From the NCBI RefSeq assembly GCF_009914755.1, contig NC_060925.1: a DNA stretch of 64,000 nt. One strand, written 5' to 3'. Made by a program: the position numbers and the translations under genes. This DNA is from the human T2T-CHM13v2.0 reference genome, Homo sapiens. Positions 1 to 25,847 of the stretch are shown here, in pieces. The notes beneath the pieces are model-generated. The model ran no database searches and was not told the origin of the DNA. It was given only the letters and a program-made list of their open reading frames with translations. Position 1 is the stretch's first letter, and each line of letters opens with the position of its first letter.

Positions 1-578
1 TCTCAAGTTCACCTATGTCCTTTTGACTACAATGCACTCATCCTAACTCATCCTTACAAGGACCCAGTGAGGCAAAAATTATATACTTTTTTTGCTCTCG
101 GATGAGGAAACTGAGGCTTACAGTGGTGAAACAGCTAAGGCTCAGTGAAAACTCTCAGCCTTCAGACAGTCCCCAGGCCTGATGGCACAGGACAGATAAA
201 CCTATAAGTGGTCCCTCCGCTGAGGTACCAGGTAGGGAGAAGAGTGAAGCTGGGGGTTGGGGACATTCAGTTTTCTCAGTAACCCAAAGTTGTCCTGAAA
301 GTGACCAGGCAGCATTCCTGTCCTGAGTGATTCTGCAACCCTGCCTTGCTGCCAAGTCAGCACCCAGCTCCAGACCAGGCTGTTCTCCTTGCCTCCCAGG
401 GAATTACTACAAAGAATGCACCTAAGTGCTGAGAAGGCAAGCTGTGGTGGGGCAATCAGAGGCGGGCGGCGCCCTCCAGGAAGACTTCCGGGAGGAGCAA
501 CTTTACCAGGGGAAGATATTGTCATGGCAATGGGAGGGTAAGCAACTGGCCACAAGGAACACGGAGAATGGGGCGTAA

Positions 579-1333
<755 letters not shown>

Positions 1334-3129
1334 AGGACAGGTCTCCTGGGAAACTGAAGCTCACAGGAGTGATGTCACTTGCACAAGATCACGTGGAGAT
1401 GCCTTCAAACCCAGGGATGGCCAACAGCAAAGCCTATCCTGTTTCTACCACATTACAGTCCCAGGGTTCAGAAGGAGCAGACTAGTGTTCTAATCCACCT
1501 TCCCTTTCTAAATTTCAAAGCAAAGGCAACCCTCAAGCTACTGAAGCCCAGAGCCAGAATAGTTGGGGAACAGGAAGGTGAGGGTTGGGAGATGCCTTGG
1601 CCAGACAAGGCCAGTTGCTGCAGTCCAGCCTGTGGGACTTCTAACCCACACCCTGTCAGCTGGCAGCTGTGCCTGCATGGGCCAAAGACCTTGGTCCAAG
1701 GACCCTACCAAACCTGCAGAGAAGACCAGCCCCTTCCTCAGATCCCATTAGGGCTGACTGAGCCTTACTCAGTGCCAGCTCCTGCTCCCAGGCTGGTGCC
1801 CACCCCAGGGCTTGGCATCTGGCCTAGTGAGTAGGTAGCAGTACTCTTGTTAAATCCCCTGCGTCAGGGCCATGGGGCCAGCTGTGTCAGCCAGCCAGTC
1901 GCTGTTGTCTCCTTCCCAGGTGTGACTACAGCCAGTTTGGCAGACGGTCACCAGATACCACCACACCCAAGTACTGCAGGGCAGCTTGGTGCCTCCTGAA
2001 TCAGACTTTCCAGCCATGGAGGGGGCAGTGGCTGCACCCTCCTTTCTCCCATGCCAAGGCCCTCCCCACAACCACTCTGCTCCAGGCTGCTGCTGAGACC
2101 TGCAGGGAGACTGACAGACGCCGTCAGCCAGCAGGCTTACAAAACTCACATGCTCTGCCGCCTGATGCAGGCCCTCTGGCTGCAGCTGGAGAAATCAGAT
2201 TGTCTAGTTCAATCCTCTGGGCCCAGAGAAGGCAAAGGACTTGTCCAAGGTTACACAACCAATAAAAGGCCTCCCTGCCTGTAGCTCTGGGAAGGCTCCT
2301 TACAGTAGGGTGAGTCCCTTTAGTACAGGTACAAGCAAGAACAGAATCTCTAGCCACTCAGATTGCCACTACAGGCAAAGCCTTGCAGGGGGGTAGAGGG
2401 AGAAAGGTTCCAATTTTTGAGCCATAGGACAACTCAGCAGCAGTGAAAAGCCCCAAGGCAACAACCGACACCACCCTCCCCCTCTCCCCGCCCCCATCCC
2501 TGCACACATCCCAACAGCTTTAGAAGCTGCCAGCTGTGGATTTCTTCCAAGAAACTTTCTTCGCTGTGGAGGCAGCTGTACAGACCAGGTGAAGGCACCT
2601 GTCCCCTTTGGAGTCTGGAACCAGAGAGGGTGTTGGAGAGCAGCAGCCTAATCTATCCATCCCAGTTGAACAGATGGGGACACTGAGCCCAGCAAAGAGA
2701 ATTGACAACAAACAGTCCAGGGCCTGAATCCAGAAGTCCAACTTCCCAGCCCAGCTCTGAAGTCTCTGCTGCCCTTCCTCACCATCGCCGACAGCTCCCT
2801 GTTCTGTGCTATCTCTGACCCAGGTCTAGAAGGACATGGCACCACCATTGCATTGTAAAGTTAGCTTCTATTGACCTGGAGTCTCCCCCATCTGGCTAGG
2901 AGCACCTGAAGGGATGGAGGCTGAGTCCTAGTCACATCTGTGCCCTTGGTTTCCTAAACAGGGCTTGGCACAGAGCAGACACCAAGAGGCAATCTGAGCC
3001 ATACTGACAGGGCAAGGACTTCTCCTCCTTCCAGGGTATCCCTTGTTCTTGCAGAGGGGGGCTGCCACACTGGGCTCCACCTTCCCCTCCCTGCCATGCC
3101 TGGGGCCACAATCCTGGAGGTGCAGCAGC

Positions 3130-3520
3130 TGGGGCCCCAGGAATGACTTGACTGTCCCGGGGATTAAAGCCTCGACTGGTTTCCTAATCACCCAGGTGAC
3201 AGCGAGCAGCCGAGGAATGCCTCGGCGAACTCCACTGGGCCGCGTGTGAGTCAGCCAAGGAGAATCTGCCCCCGCCCCCTCCAGTTCCTAGTTCCTTGGG
3301 AGGGTGGGGGAGGTAATCCCCCAGCAGGCAACCCTCCCCCTCTGTGGGAAGCCAAGGTAGTAGGAGGCAGGGGAAAGGCCTACTTCATCCAAAGGAAGCC
3401 ATCAGTTGGCAGGAACGCACAGGAGTCCTCGCTGGGTTTCTTGGTTTCTTTTATCAAAGGACCCTCCCTAACACCTAGAAGTTGACCTTGGGAGCCGGGG
3501 AAGGGGTGGGAAAACATTGA
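3130..3520. promoter_or_regulatory. Candidate intronic enhancer
   Basis: Repeat-free with retained CpGs. TGAGTCAGC AP-1/ARE at 3247-3255, GGAATG at 3140-3145 and 3214-3219, GCCCCGCCCC at ~3268-3277. Confidence 0.45.
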
Positions 3521-4470
3521 ACCTACTGTAATCTGCTCCTGGGAAGACCCAAAATTCCCTAGGTTTGATTTTCACCTCATTAAGTAATCTTGGGTGGCAA
3601 ACTGCCCCAGCTATAAAATGGGTACAATAATGACCACACTGTGGTATTTCAGAACATGACAGCGTCTGGGCTGTACAGATGAAAAAGCAGTCTTGGGGTC
3701 GTTGAGGTTCAGATAAAGGGAAGAGTTGGAGGAGGGAGGGGCTGTCAGAATTCTCTTCTCCCTTTCCTCAGGAGAGAGAGGACGTGGGGCCTGAGGCCTG
3801 GGTTGGCCTTCATTTCCAATCTTGGGAAGGAGAAGAAACACCTAAATTGGTCACTTAATGTTGCCCTTGGGGGTGGGGTATCAGGTCTGACCTTCGGCTT
3901 AATAAATATTGGGCCACAACCCCAGCTGAGAGAGAGGGAGTCCCTGACAAGTTTTCTTGGCTTTTCCACGGGGTGGAGGGGGAAGGGGGGGTTTCTCCAG
4001 CAAAAGGCTGTAGGAGCACAATGGCAGAGGCTGCTCCTAGAACCTCGAGAGAGGAAAGGAGGGTGAGGTCCAGGGATGCCCAGATAGGGAAGGAAAAGCT
4101 ATTTTGGACTCAAGCATGCACACTTACCCACCCAGGGCCACCTGGCGTCTTTTGTCCTTGCAGGCAGAGACAAATTCTTCCCCCAATGCCCTTGACATCC
4201 TCCTCCCCTCTCCCAGCCAGGCCCTGGGTGAGTGATCCGTGGGGAATCAGGGTTCTCCAAGAGTCGAGATGGAAAAGCCAGGTGGGGAAGGATTAGTAGA
4301 TGCAGGGGGAGGTCTGGTCTACCATTCATAATGCTGTGCAATTGTTACAGCCATGTCCCCGTTCCTCAGTTTCCCTAGCTGTCTAGAAAGTCAAACAGAC
4401 TACAAATGCCTTCCAGCCACGAGAGCCTCAGAAGGGATTCCCCCACATCCCCCGCCTGGCGTCCTCTCAC

Positions 4471-4734
4471 CTGCACGATCTGCCGGGGCTGCACGCTCAG
4501 CGTGGGGAAGTTGCCGCGCCCGTGAATGGGAATCGGCTCGCTCAGAAGAGCGTCCAGTCGCTTCACCTGTGGCCAGCTCAGCCCACTCAGGTGCCGTCCG
4601 GGGAAGGCCGATAAGGCCTCCGGGTCGGGGCCGCCGCCTGCCGGGGCTGCCGTGGCCACCGCCGTGGCCGCAGCCGTCCCCACCTGAGCAGCCGCCCGGT
4701 CCCTGCGCTCAGCTCCGCTCTCCGACGGCATCAT
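4471..4734 (-). CDS. TENT5B: TENT5B (FAM46B) terminal nucleotidyltransferase 5B, coding exon 1 (88 codons, [17 protein letters not shown]...QPRQIVQ); exon 2 lies outside the window
   Basis: The translation contains the TENT5/FAM46 N-terminal motif [30 protein letters not shown], and I recognise the Ala-rich N-terminus as human FAM46B. ATG at 4734-4732. Canonical donor CAG|GTGAGA at 4471/4470; 264 nt, phase 0. Confidence 0.96.
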
Positions 4735-4912
4735 CCGCCCGGCCCCCGGGCCCCGACGGCAGAAACCGTGGGGGTGGTTAAGGGGAGGAGGACAGGGAGA
4801 GCGGCTGGGCAGGGGCCAAGGCGGGGGGCACGAAGGCAGGGACGGGGCGGCAACGACGGCGAGACAAAGCCAGGGAACACCTCAGACGGCGACGACTAAC
4901 CGACCCTAGCGC
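4735..4912 (-). other. TENT5B: Predicted TENT5B 5' UTR (TSS approximate)
   Basis: Lies between the ATG and a point ~25-30 nt downstream of the minus-strand TATA-like box. The TSS is inferred, not observed. Confidence 0.6.
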
Positions 4913-5230
4913 CTGCAGCCCGCGGCCCAGCGGACTCTTATAGGCCGCGGGCGACGTGCCCATTGGTCCGGGCCGCTGCCAACAGCGAGAGCCGCCCCGC
5001 CTCTGAACGCTCCGGACACTGGTCTGTAGAGCTTTGCACGTGAGTCACTGTTCTCTAGGGAGATTCCGATTGGCTAGAGGGCACGCCCCTGCCCCGCCCT
5101 CCTTCTCAGGCTGAATTCCCTCCTTTGGTCCTTAAAGAACTTCTGTTCACTGTGATTGGCCCGGGCCTGGACTTAAAGGGACAGCGCCCACCCCGCCCCG
5201 CCAGGGTCAGGAGGGAGGGAAGTGACCTGC
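4913..5230 (-). promoter_or_regulatory. TENT5B core/proximal promoter
   Basis: Minus-strand TATAAGA at 4942-4936. Three CCAAT boxes (ATTGG at 4962-4966, 5069-5073, 5155-5159). GC boxes at ~4992-5001, ~5091-5100 and 5191-5202. Overlapping CACGTG (5037-5042) and TGAGTCA (5041-5047). Confidence 0.85.
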
Positions 5231-5435
5231 GGAGTTTGTAGCAGAGTCAGACCACTGAGAAATTCCAGGTTTCTGTTTTTTTTTTTTAGCGCTGGAAGAA
5301 ATTGAGAAGTCACCTAGCCTTGTCCTGCTATTTTCAGAAGCCCAAAGAGATTGAGCCACGTGATCAACTCTGCACAGCACTGCTCATGCTCTGGCAGTTT
5401 TCCAGAGCCTAGGAAAGGTATAATAAACAACTCTG

Positions 5436-6081
<646 letters not shown>

Positions 6082-6446
6082 CTAAAGTAAAGGCTTTCTA
6101 AGACACTGTTGATTGGCCTCGCAAACCACAGCATGATGAGCGTTGATGTACAGCATAGCCAATTTAGGGAAGGAGAGATCTGCTCAGAGAGGCTTTGTGA
6201 TTACCCGACTGTCACACAGCAAACTAGTAAGGCCCTGGTCCTCAACCAGGGCTATAGAATCTGTGGTGCATGTTTTTTCCACTGTACCTATGCAGACCCA
6301 GCTCCTTTCTGGAGCTAGAGAACGAATAATGTGTTTACATGTTTTTCTGCAGGTCTAGACAAAACATAATTTAAAAAAAATATGTTTACATGTTTTGCTC
6401 TCACACTTTACAGGACCTAGGGGATGAGGCTTATGATTGTCGTTAC

Positions 6447-12997
<6,551 letters not shown>

Positions 12998-14063
12998 TAT
13001 TTAATTTTCAGAACATGATCTTATGAAAAGGAGCAAACTCTTACTTTGCAGAAGTGGAAACTGAAGCTCAGAGAGGCTAAGTAATTTGTTCAGGGCTCCA
13101 CAGTTGGAAAGAGGGAGTTTATAGCAGCTCTGACTGAATCCCAGGCCTATTCCCTACCCAGGGCTCTGCCTCTGAAGATGACACAGTGAGTTCAGCTACA
13201 CACACTGAAGGGGGGATCACCCATCCCCTCCTTCTCTGGTTTTTGTCCTCCACCCTACCTCAGGTCCTACCAAGGTAATGGACCTTGTCATTAACAATAA
13301 TTGTATCCCTACCCCAGGTAATTTGAATACCAAGTATCCTATCCCCCTAACAGCACCTCCTATCTTTCCAGCTCACTCCTTGTACAGCTGGGAGTCCAGC
13401 AGTTCTTTGACCTTCCAGAACCTCCAGTCCACTGATACTAACTGTTTTTGGTCACTGTTCCTTGCTTCCCTCATGTCTTGACCTTCCTCTTTTACCAGCT
13501 AGACTCCATGGAACATTGTTATAATTACATCCTAGCAACCCCTCATAATTACTTCCCTCAACCCCCTGGCCCGCTCTCATTAAACTGCATCCACCTGGCA
13601 AGGCCACACCCTGGTTAATTCCACACAGGTGACTGAGGCTAGTGAAAGACACAGCCCTGCCGACTGGTCTCCTTCGAACATCATGCCCATTATCCTCCAG
13701 GGGCCCTTAGCACTCGCTGGCCGGCAATCCCACCATGTGACCCAGGCTTTTCACCCTCCCGCAGTCCTTTAGGACAAGGATATAACTTCTCCTCTTTCCT
13801 CTGTCCCTGACAGCTCCTCCCCCATCGTCTTCTCATCTGGTGTCCCTGCTTCCTACTTCACTAAGAAAAACAGAGGCAATCAGAGTAAGAGGAATAGTAT
13901 GGGGTGGTCAGAGGAGAATAAAAATTCCAGACAGCAGTTTCACATGACTAGAGGCGAGGGGCTGATAAGACTCTGAAAAACAGGATGTGGACCAAGCTGG
14001 CTGAGACTGACTGGACCCAACATGGTGCTGGATTTGACATAGGTTTTTCCTCGGACCTCATTA

Positions 14064-14377
14064 TGATAGATGCAGAAGGAAGATAAGGGGGAGGGTCCCC
14101 GGAGAATTTCCCACCACCCTGTCCACTGGGAAGATGGGGTGGAGACTCAGGAAGTTCACACCATTTGCGAGGGGCAGGAGCATGGCCTCTCCTGTTCCTG
14201 GGTGGGGACCTGGGATTCAATCTGTGAGGTGGGGGCCTGTAAGCAGGAACCCCTCTTGCTATGCTGAGTTTTTTTTTTTCCTTTTTGCCCAGTAAATTCT
14301 GTCCCCCCTCATCCTTCAGTCTCTGCGTGCCTAACTCTTCCTGGTCCTGTGAGAAGAACCCGTTTTTTCCTACAACA
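14064..14377 (+). mobile_element. Solo ERV1 LTR, MER61-like, nested in LTR copy 1
   Basis: TG...CA termini (TGATAGATG...TACAACA) and perfect ATTA TSD at 14060-14063 and 14378-14381. Absent at the homologous site in LTR copy 2. Confidence 0.75.
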
Positions 14378-14511
14378 ATTACATGCCCATTAAGATACCA
14401 AAAATCACACACCCACCAGCACCACAACAGTTCTGAGAACACCCATATTTGGTGTAAAAATGAGTGGCACCACAGTTCCGAGAAACCTCCACCTTTCTCC
14501 AGGAGTTTTCA

Positions 14512-14962
<451 letters not shown>

Positions 14963-15393
14963 TCACTACTTTCTGACTCATTCATGAATTCCTTCTCGCG
15001 ATGGCATCAAGAACCTGGACACTGGCTGGGGTCGAGTTTCCGCCGGCTTTGGGGGACCTTCCCCAGCCCACCAGTATCAAGAAGACAATTTCCTTGGACT
15101 GAATACCTCTATCCATTCACCTGAGGCTATGCCTTATTTTCAGCCTCCCCTCCTGCCCCTGGGAATGAACCCTGCTTGCTCCTTTCCAAGGCTACACCTT
15201 CATTTGTACACCACATCCCACCCTTCTCACCTGCCCAAGGCCTTCACACCAGCAAGTGTCCCTCTCTCCCTGACTAGATCATTCCAATCACCATTAAAAT
15301 ATGATCTCTTGGGCCAGGAGTAGTGGCTCAAACCTGTATTCCTAGCACTTTGGGAGGCCTAGGCAGGAAGAATTGCTTGAGGCCAGGAGTTCA

Positions 15394-16270
<877 letters not shown>

Positions 16271-16554
16271 TGACCTCAGGTGATCTGCCTACCTCAGCCT
16301 CCCAAAATGTTGGGATTACAGGCGTGAACCAACGTGCCCGGCCCCCATTTCTCCATATAGCAAAACTCTTTGACAGCATCTACACTTGCTGCTTTCAGGG
16401 CTCTCCTGTTCGCTCTTGCATACACTTCAGCCAGGCTTCTGTTGCCAGCACTCTACCCAAACTGCTTTTGTCAAAGTCACCAGTGACCTTCACATTGCCA
16501 AATCTAATTAATTATTTTTTTATTTTTATTTGAATTTATTTATTTATTTATTGA

Positions 16555-16862
<308 letters not shown>

Positions 16863-16865
16863 TGA

Positions 16866-17103
<238 letters not shown>

Positions 17104-17200
17104 TAGCCGGGATGGTCTTGATCTCCTGACCTTGTGATCCCCCCATCTTGGCCTCCCAAAGTGCTGGGATTACAGGCGTGAGTCACCGCGCCTGGCATAA

Positions 17201-17449
<249 letters not shown>

Positions 17450-17521
17450 TGACCTCAAGGGATCCACCTGTCTCAGTCTCCCAAAGTGCTGGGATTACAG
17501 GCATGAGCCACCGCGCCTGGC

Positions 17522-17960
17522 CTATATGTTTTCATTTCTCTTCAGTATATACTCAGGAGTAGAAATGTTGGTCATAAGGTAATTTTTTTGTTTAGCCCTT
17601 TGAGGAACTGCCAGACTGTTTTCCAAAGCAGCTGCACCATTTTTCATTCTCACTAGCAGTGTTTGAGGACTCCAGTTTCTCCACATCCTCACCAACACTT
17701 GTTGATTACTGTCCTTTTTGACTATAGCCATCCTGATGGGTGTGAAATGGTGTCTCATTGTGGTTTTGACTGTATTTTCCTGATGGCTAAGGAGGTGAGC
17801 ATCTTTTCATGTGCTTATCGGTCATCTGTATCTTTGGAGAAATGTCAATTCAGTTCCTTTGCCCATTTTTAAATTGTGCTATTTATTATCATTGAGTTGT
17901 AAGGGTTCTTTATTCTAGATACAGTCCCTTATATGATTTGCAAAATTTTCTCCCATTTTA
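17522..17960 (-). mobile_element. L1M (L1MB/MC-type) fragment, ORF2 C-terminal region
   Basis: The minus-strand translation HHFTPIRMAIVKK...RMWRNW...LENSLAVPQ resembles the L1 ORF2p C-terminus. Confidence 0.85.
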
Positions 17961-18037
17961 ATTATTAATTATTAATCCTCATATTTTATTTAATCTCTAA
18001 ATTGCCCAAGACACAGCTAATCATTCCTTCTTTGTAA

Positions 18038-18493
<456 letters not shown>

Positions 18494-18551
18494 TAGCTGG
18501 GACTACACACGCAGGCCACCACGCCCAGCTAATTTTTGTATTTTTTGGTAG

Positions 18552-18719
<168 letters not shown>

Positions 18720-18882
18720 TGACTGCTGTGGTTTCCTCCGAATCCACTCAGCCTCTAAAGAATAAAATGCCCAGGACTTATTCCCTGGTCTTCTCTTTTC
18801 TGTCTACACTCATTCCCTTGGTGATCTCACCAGTCTCAAGCTTGAAATACCATCTCTGTGCTGGCAAATCCCAGATTTATTT

Positions 18883-18914
<32 letters not shown>

Positions 18915-19908
18915 TTTTTTGAGACGACATCTCACTCACTCTGTCACCCGGGCTGGAGTACAGTGGTGTGATCTCGGTTCACTGCAACCTCTCTCTCCCA
19001 AAATCCCAAATTTATATATTCCAGTCCAGAGCTCTGTCTGGGACTCCAGGCTCATTTATTTAATTTTAGTCAACATCTCTACTTTCATGTTTGTAGTCAT
19101 CTCAAATTTTGCACGTTCAATGTTGACTTCTCGAACTGAAGTCCTAGCAAATGGCAAATTCCAGTTCTTGGCCCCAAACTCTGAAGCCACTTTCCACTCC
19201 TTTTTCTCTCACGCTGCACTTTCTCATTCGTCAGCAAGCCCTGTGGCTCTGCCTTCAGAACCCAAACAGGCCCTGACCACATCTTGGCCCCACCTCCAGC
19301 TTACTGCCATCTCTGCGGTCTAAGCCACGCCCCACTCTCCAGGATTTTTGGAGCCTTTCTGCCGTCGTGCTTGTCGCCTACAGTGTTTTCATCCCAGCAA
19401 GCCAGTGTGATCCTTTCTAAACACAAGTCAGATCATGTCATTTTAATGCCTCCTTCTCATTTGGAATACAAGCCGAAATCTCCTCCCACACCCCTTCCCT
19501 TATCGGGGGCAGCCACACTGGCCTCCCTGATGTTCCTCAACCATGCCAGGCACGCTCCCACCTCAGGGCCTTGCGACTGCTCTTCCATCTGCCTGGCACG
19601 GTCTCCTTTGATCCCCACATGGCTGCTCTCTCAATTCCTCCAGGTCGTCTTCTCCATGTCTCCTGTTCTCAGGGAGGCCTTCTCTGACTATCCAATTAGA
19701 ATGGCGCCCTCGCTCCCCACACCTGCTAGCCTCTTCTCTATTTCCAAAGCACCTAACACCATCTACCATGCTGCGTATTTACCTATTTATTGCCCCATTT
19801 CCCGCCCCTGGAACCAAAGCTCCAGGAGAGCAGGGATTTTGTTTTCTATGTAATCCAGCACCTGGAAACCTGTGTGTGCTCAGTAAATATTCACGGGATG
19901 AGTGAAGG

Positions 19909-20652
<744 letters not shown>

Positions 20653-20659
20653 TAAAACA

Positions 20660-24062
<3,403 letters not shown>

Positions 24063-24104
24063 TTTTTAAACCTGTAAATACTCAGGCCTACTCTTGTAGA
24101 AAAA

Positions 24105-24250
24105 AGGCTTCTCAAATTTGAAAGTGCCCGGGAGCCACCTGGGGCACATTCCTTGGAATGTGCAGGTTCTGAGTCAGCAAGTCTGGGGCTAGACCTGAGA
24201 GCCTGCATTTCTAACCTGCTCCCAGGTGGTGCCCAGTTGTTGCTCCTCAA
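24105..24250. mobile_element. MER5A-like hAT-Charlie MITE
   Basis: TTCTCAAA...CACCTGG...TTCTGAGTCAGCAAGTCTGGGG...CTGCATTTCTAAC...CCCAGGTG matches the MER5A layout as I recall it. Confidence 0.65.
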
Positions 24251-24269
24251 GCTGGGAAAAGATGACCTT

Positions 24270-24915
24270 GGCTGCAGATCTGAGGGGCTGCGAAGCCCAG
24301 GGCGTCCAGTTCCCGAGGTGCCCTTCCGCCCAGAGCCGCCCTCTCCCCAGACCCCAGTGAGGGTCAGCCCTCTCCCAGGCCTGCCCTGATCGCTGCCCAG
24401 GGAAGCGCCCGCCCTGCCGCAGCCGCCCAGTCTGATTCCTGGCATCCACGTGGCAGGGCGCCCGCTGCAGCGACAGCAGTTCCCACGGGAGGAGTCGCAC
24501 CGGGAATGGGCCGCGGGGGAGGGAGAGAGTGGGAGGGAGTGAGGCCCCGGGAATTGTCCTCTGAAGGGGCGGCGCATGGGCGTCCCCCGCCCTGCCAGCC
24601 CCATCTCCTTCCCTGTCCCTGCTTGGGTGAGTAAATCCCTAGTGCTTTGATTCGCTTGCCCCTCCTTCCGTCTCTCCCCACTTCCTCCTCGCTCGCTCGT
24701 TCCCTCTGCCTTCAATCTGAGCTGGGCCCTTGCAGTGAGGAGCCCACGGTTACCTGGCTGTTCCCTGCCCGCCACCTCCCTCCAGGTGGGAGGCTTATGG
24801 AGGGCTATTGCTGATCTGGGCAGGGCAGGGGCCGTGGTTCCTGGGGAGGACGGAGGAGGTCTCCCACCGTGAGAACGAGGCCAGGCTAATCTGCTCGCCC
24901 GGCGCCGCTGGAAGG
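24270..24915. promoter_or_regulatory. Orphan CpG island / candidate distal enhancer-promoter ~19.5 kb upstream of TENT5B
   Basis: Non-repeat, GC- and CpG-rich. CACGTG at 24447-24452, GGAATG at 24503-24508, GC boxes. Confidence 0.65.
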
Positions 24916-25239
24916 CAAAACATGAGCCCCTAACAACAACAACAACTGTCCTTCCCTCCCAGGAGGACTGCACTCTGCAGTTTACAGGACACTTCTCTTG
25001 CCACTGTCATGTTTTATCCTCATAAACTCGGTGTTCTTGCCATTTGACAGATGGCAAAACTGAGGCCCAGAGAGGCCAAGTCACTAGGACAAGGTGCTAG
25101 AGCTCAGAGGACATTCCAGGACCTGAACCTGATATGCCATACATGTTTTAGGAGAAGCTTTCTGGGTCTTCTGGGCCTGGATTATCCAGGAATACCATTC
25201 CAACCCTTGAACGTGGGGCTCTAAATTTCCATCAGGATC

Positions 25240-25847
25240 CTTTTTTTTTTTTTGAGACAGTCTCCCTTTGTTGCCCAGGCTGGAGTTCAGTGGCGCGATC
25301 TCGGCTCACGGCAACCTCCGCCTCCCAGGTTCTAAGAGATTCTCCTGACTCAGCCTCTGGAGTAGCTGGGATAACAGGTGTGCACCACCTCGCCCGGCTG
25401 CTTTTGTATTTTTTTTTTTTTTTTTTTTTGAGAGAAGTCTCGCTGTTATCCCGCAGGTTTGAGTGCAATGGCTCTATCTCAGCTAACTGCAACCTCCGCC
25501 TCCTGGGTTCTAACGATTCTCCTGCCTCTGCCTCCCAAGTAGCTGGGATTAAGTCGCCTGCCACCACGCCCGGCTAATTTTTGTATATTTTAGTAGAGAC
25601 GGGGTTTCACCATGTTGGCCAGGCTGGTCTTGAAGTCCTGACCTCAGGTCATCCGCCCGCCTCGGCCTCCCAAAGTGCTGGGATTACAGGTGTGAGCCAC
25701 TGCGCCTGGCCTGCTTTTGTGTTTTTAATAGAGACAGGGTTTCGCCATGTTAGCCAGGCTGGTCTCAAACAACTGACCTCAAGTGATCCACCCGCCTCGG
25801 CCTCCCAAAGTGCTGGGATTACAGGCATGAGCCACCCCGCCTGGCCA
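25240..25847 (-). mobile_element. Nested/compound antisense Alus
   Basis: One Alu inserted in the linker of another; outer CCATCAGGATCCTT direct repeat. Confidence 0.8.

Larger units (their letters stand above)
4440..5230. other. CpG island over TENT5B exon 1 and promoter
   Basis: Visibly GC-rich with dense CpG outside repeats. Confidence 0.85.

Noticed and set aside
4375-4470. Extension of the TENT5B ORF to 119 aa (VRGRQAG...FLDS)
   Set aside because: Read-through past the canonical splice donor at 4470 into intron 1.
4353-4781. 142-aa plus-strand ORF
   Set aside because: Antisense shadow of the GC-rich coding exon; no recognisable homology.
4778-4963. 61-aa upstream ORF on the TENT5B strand
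   Set aside because: Its ATG lies upstream of the TATA-like box, so probably outside the mRNA.
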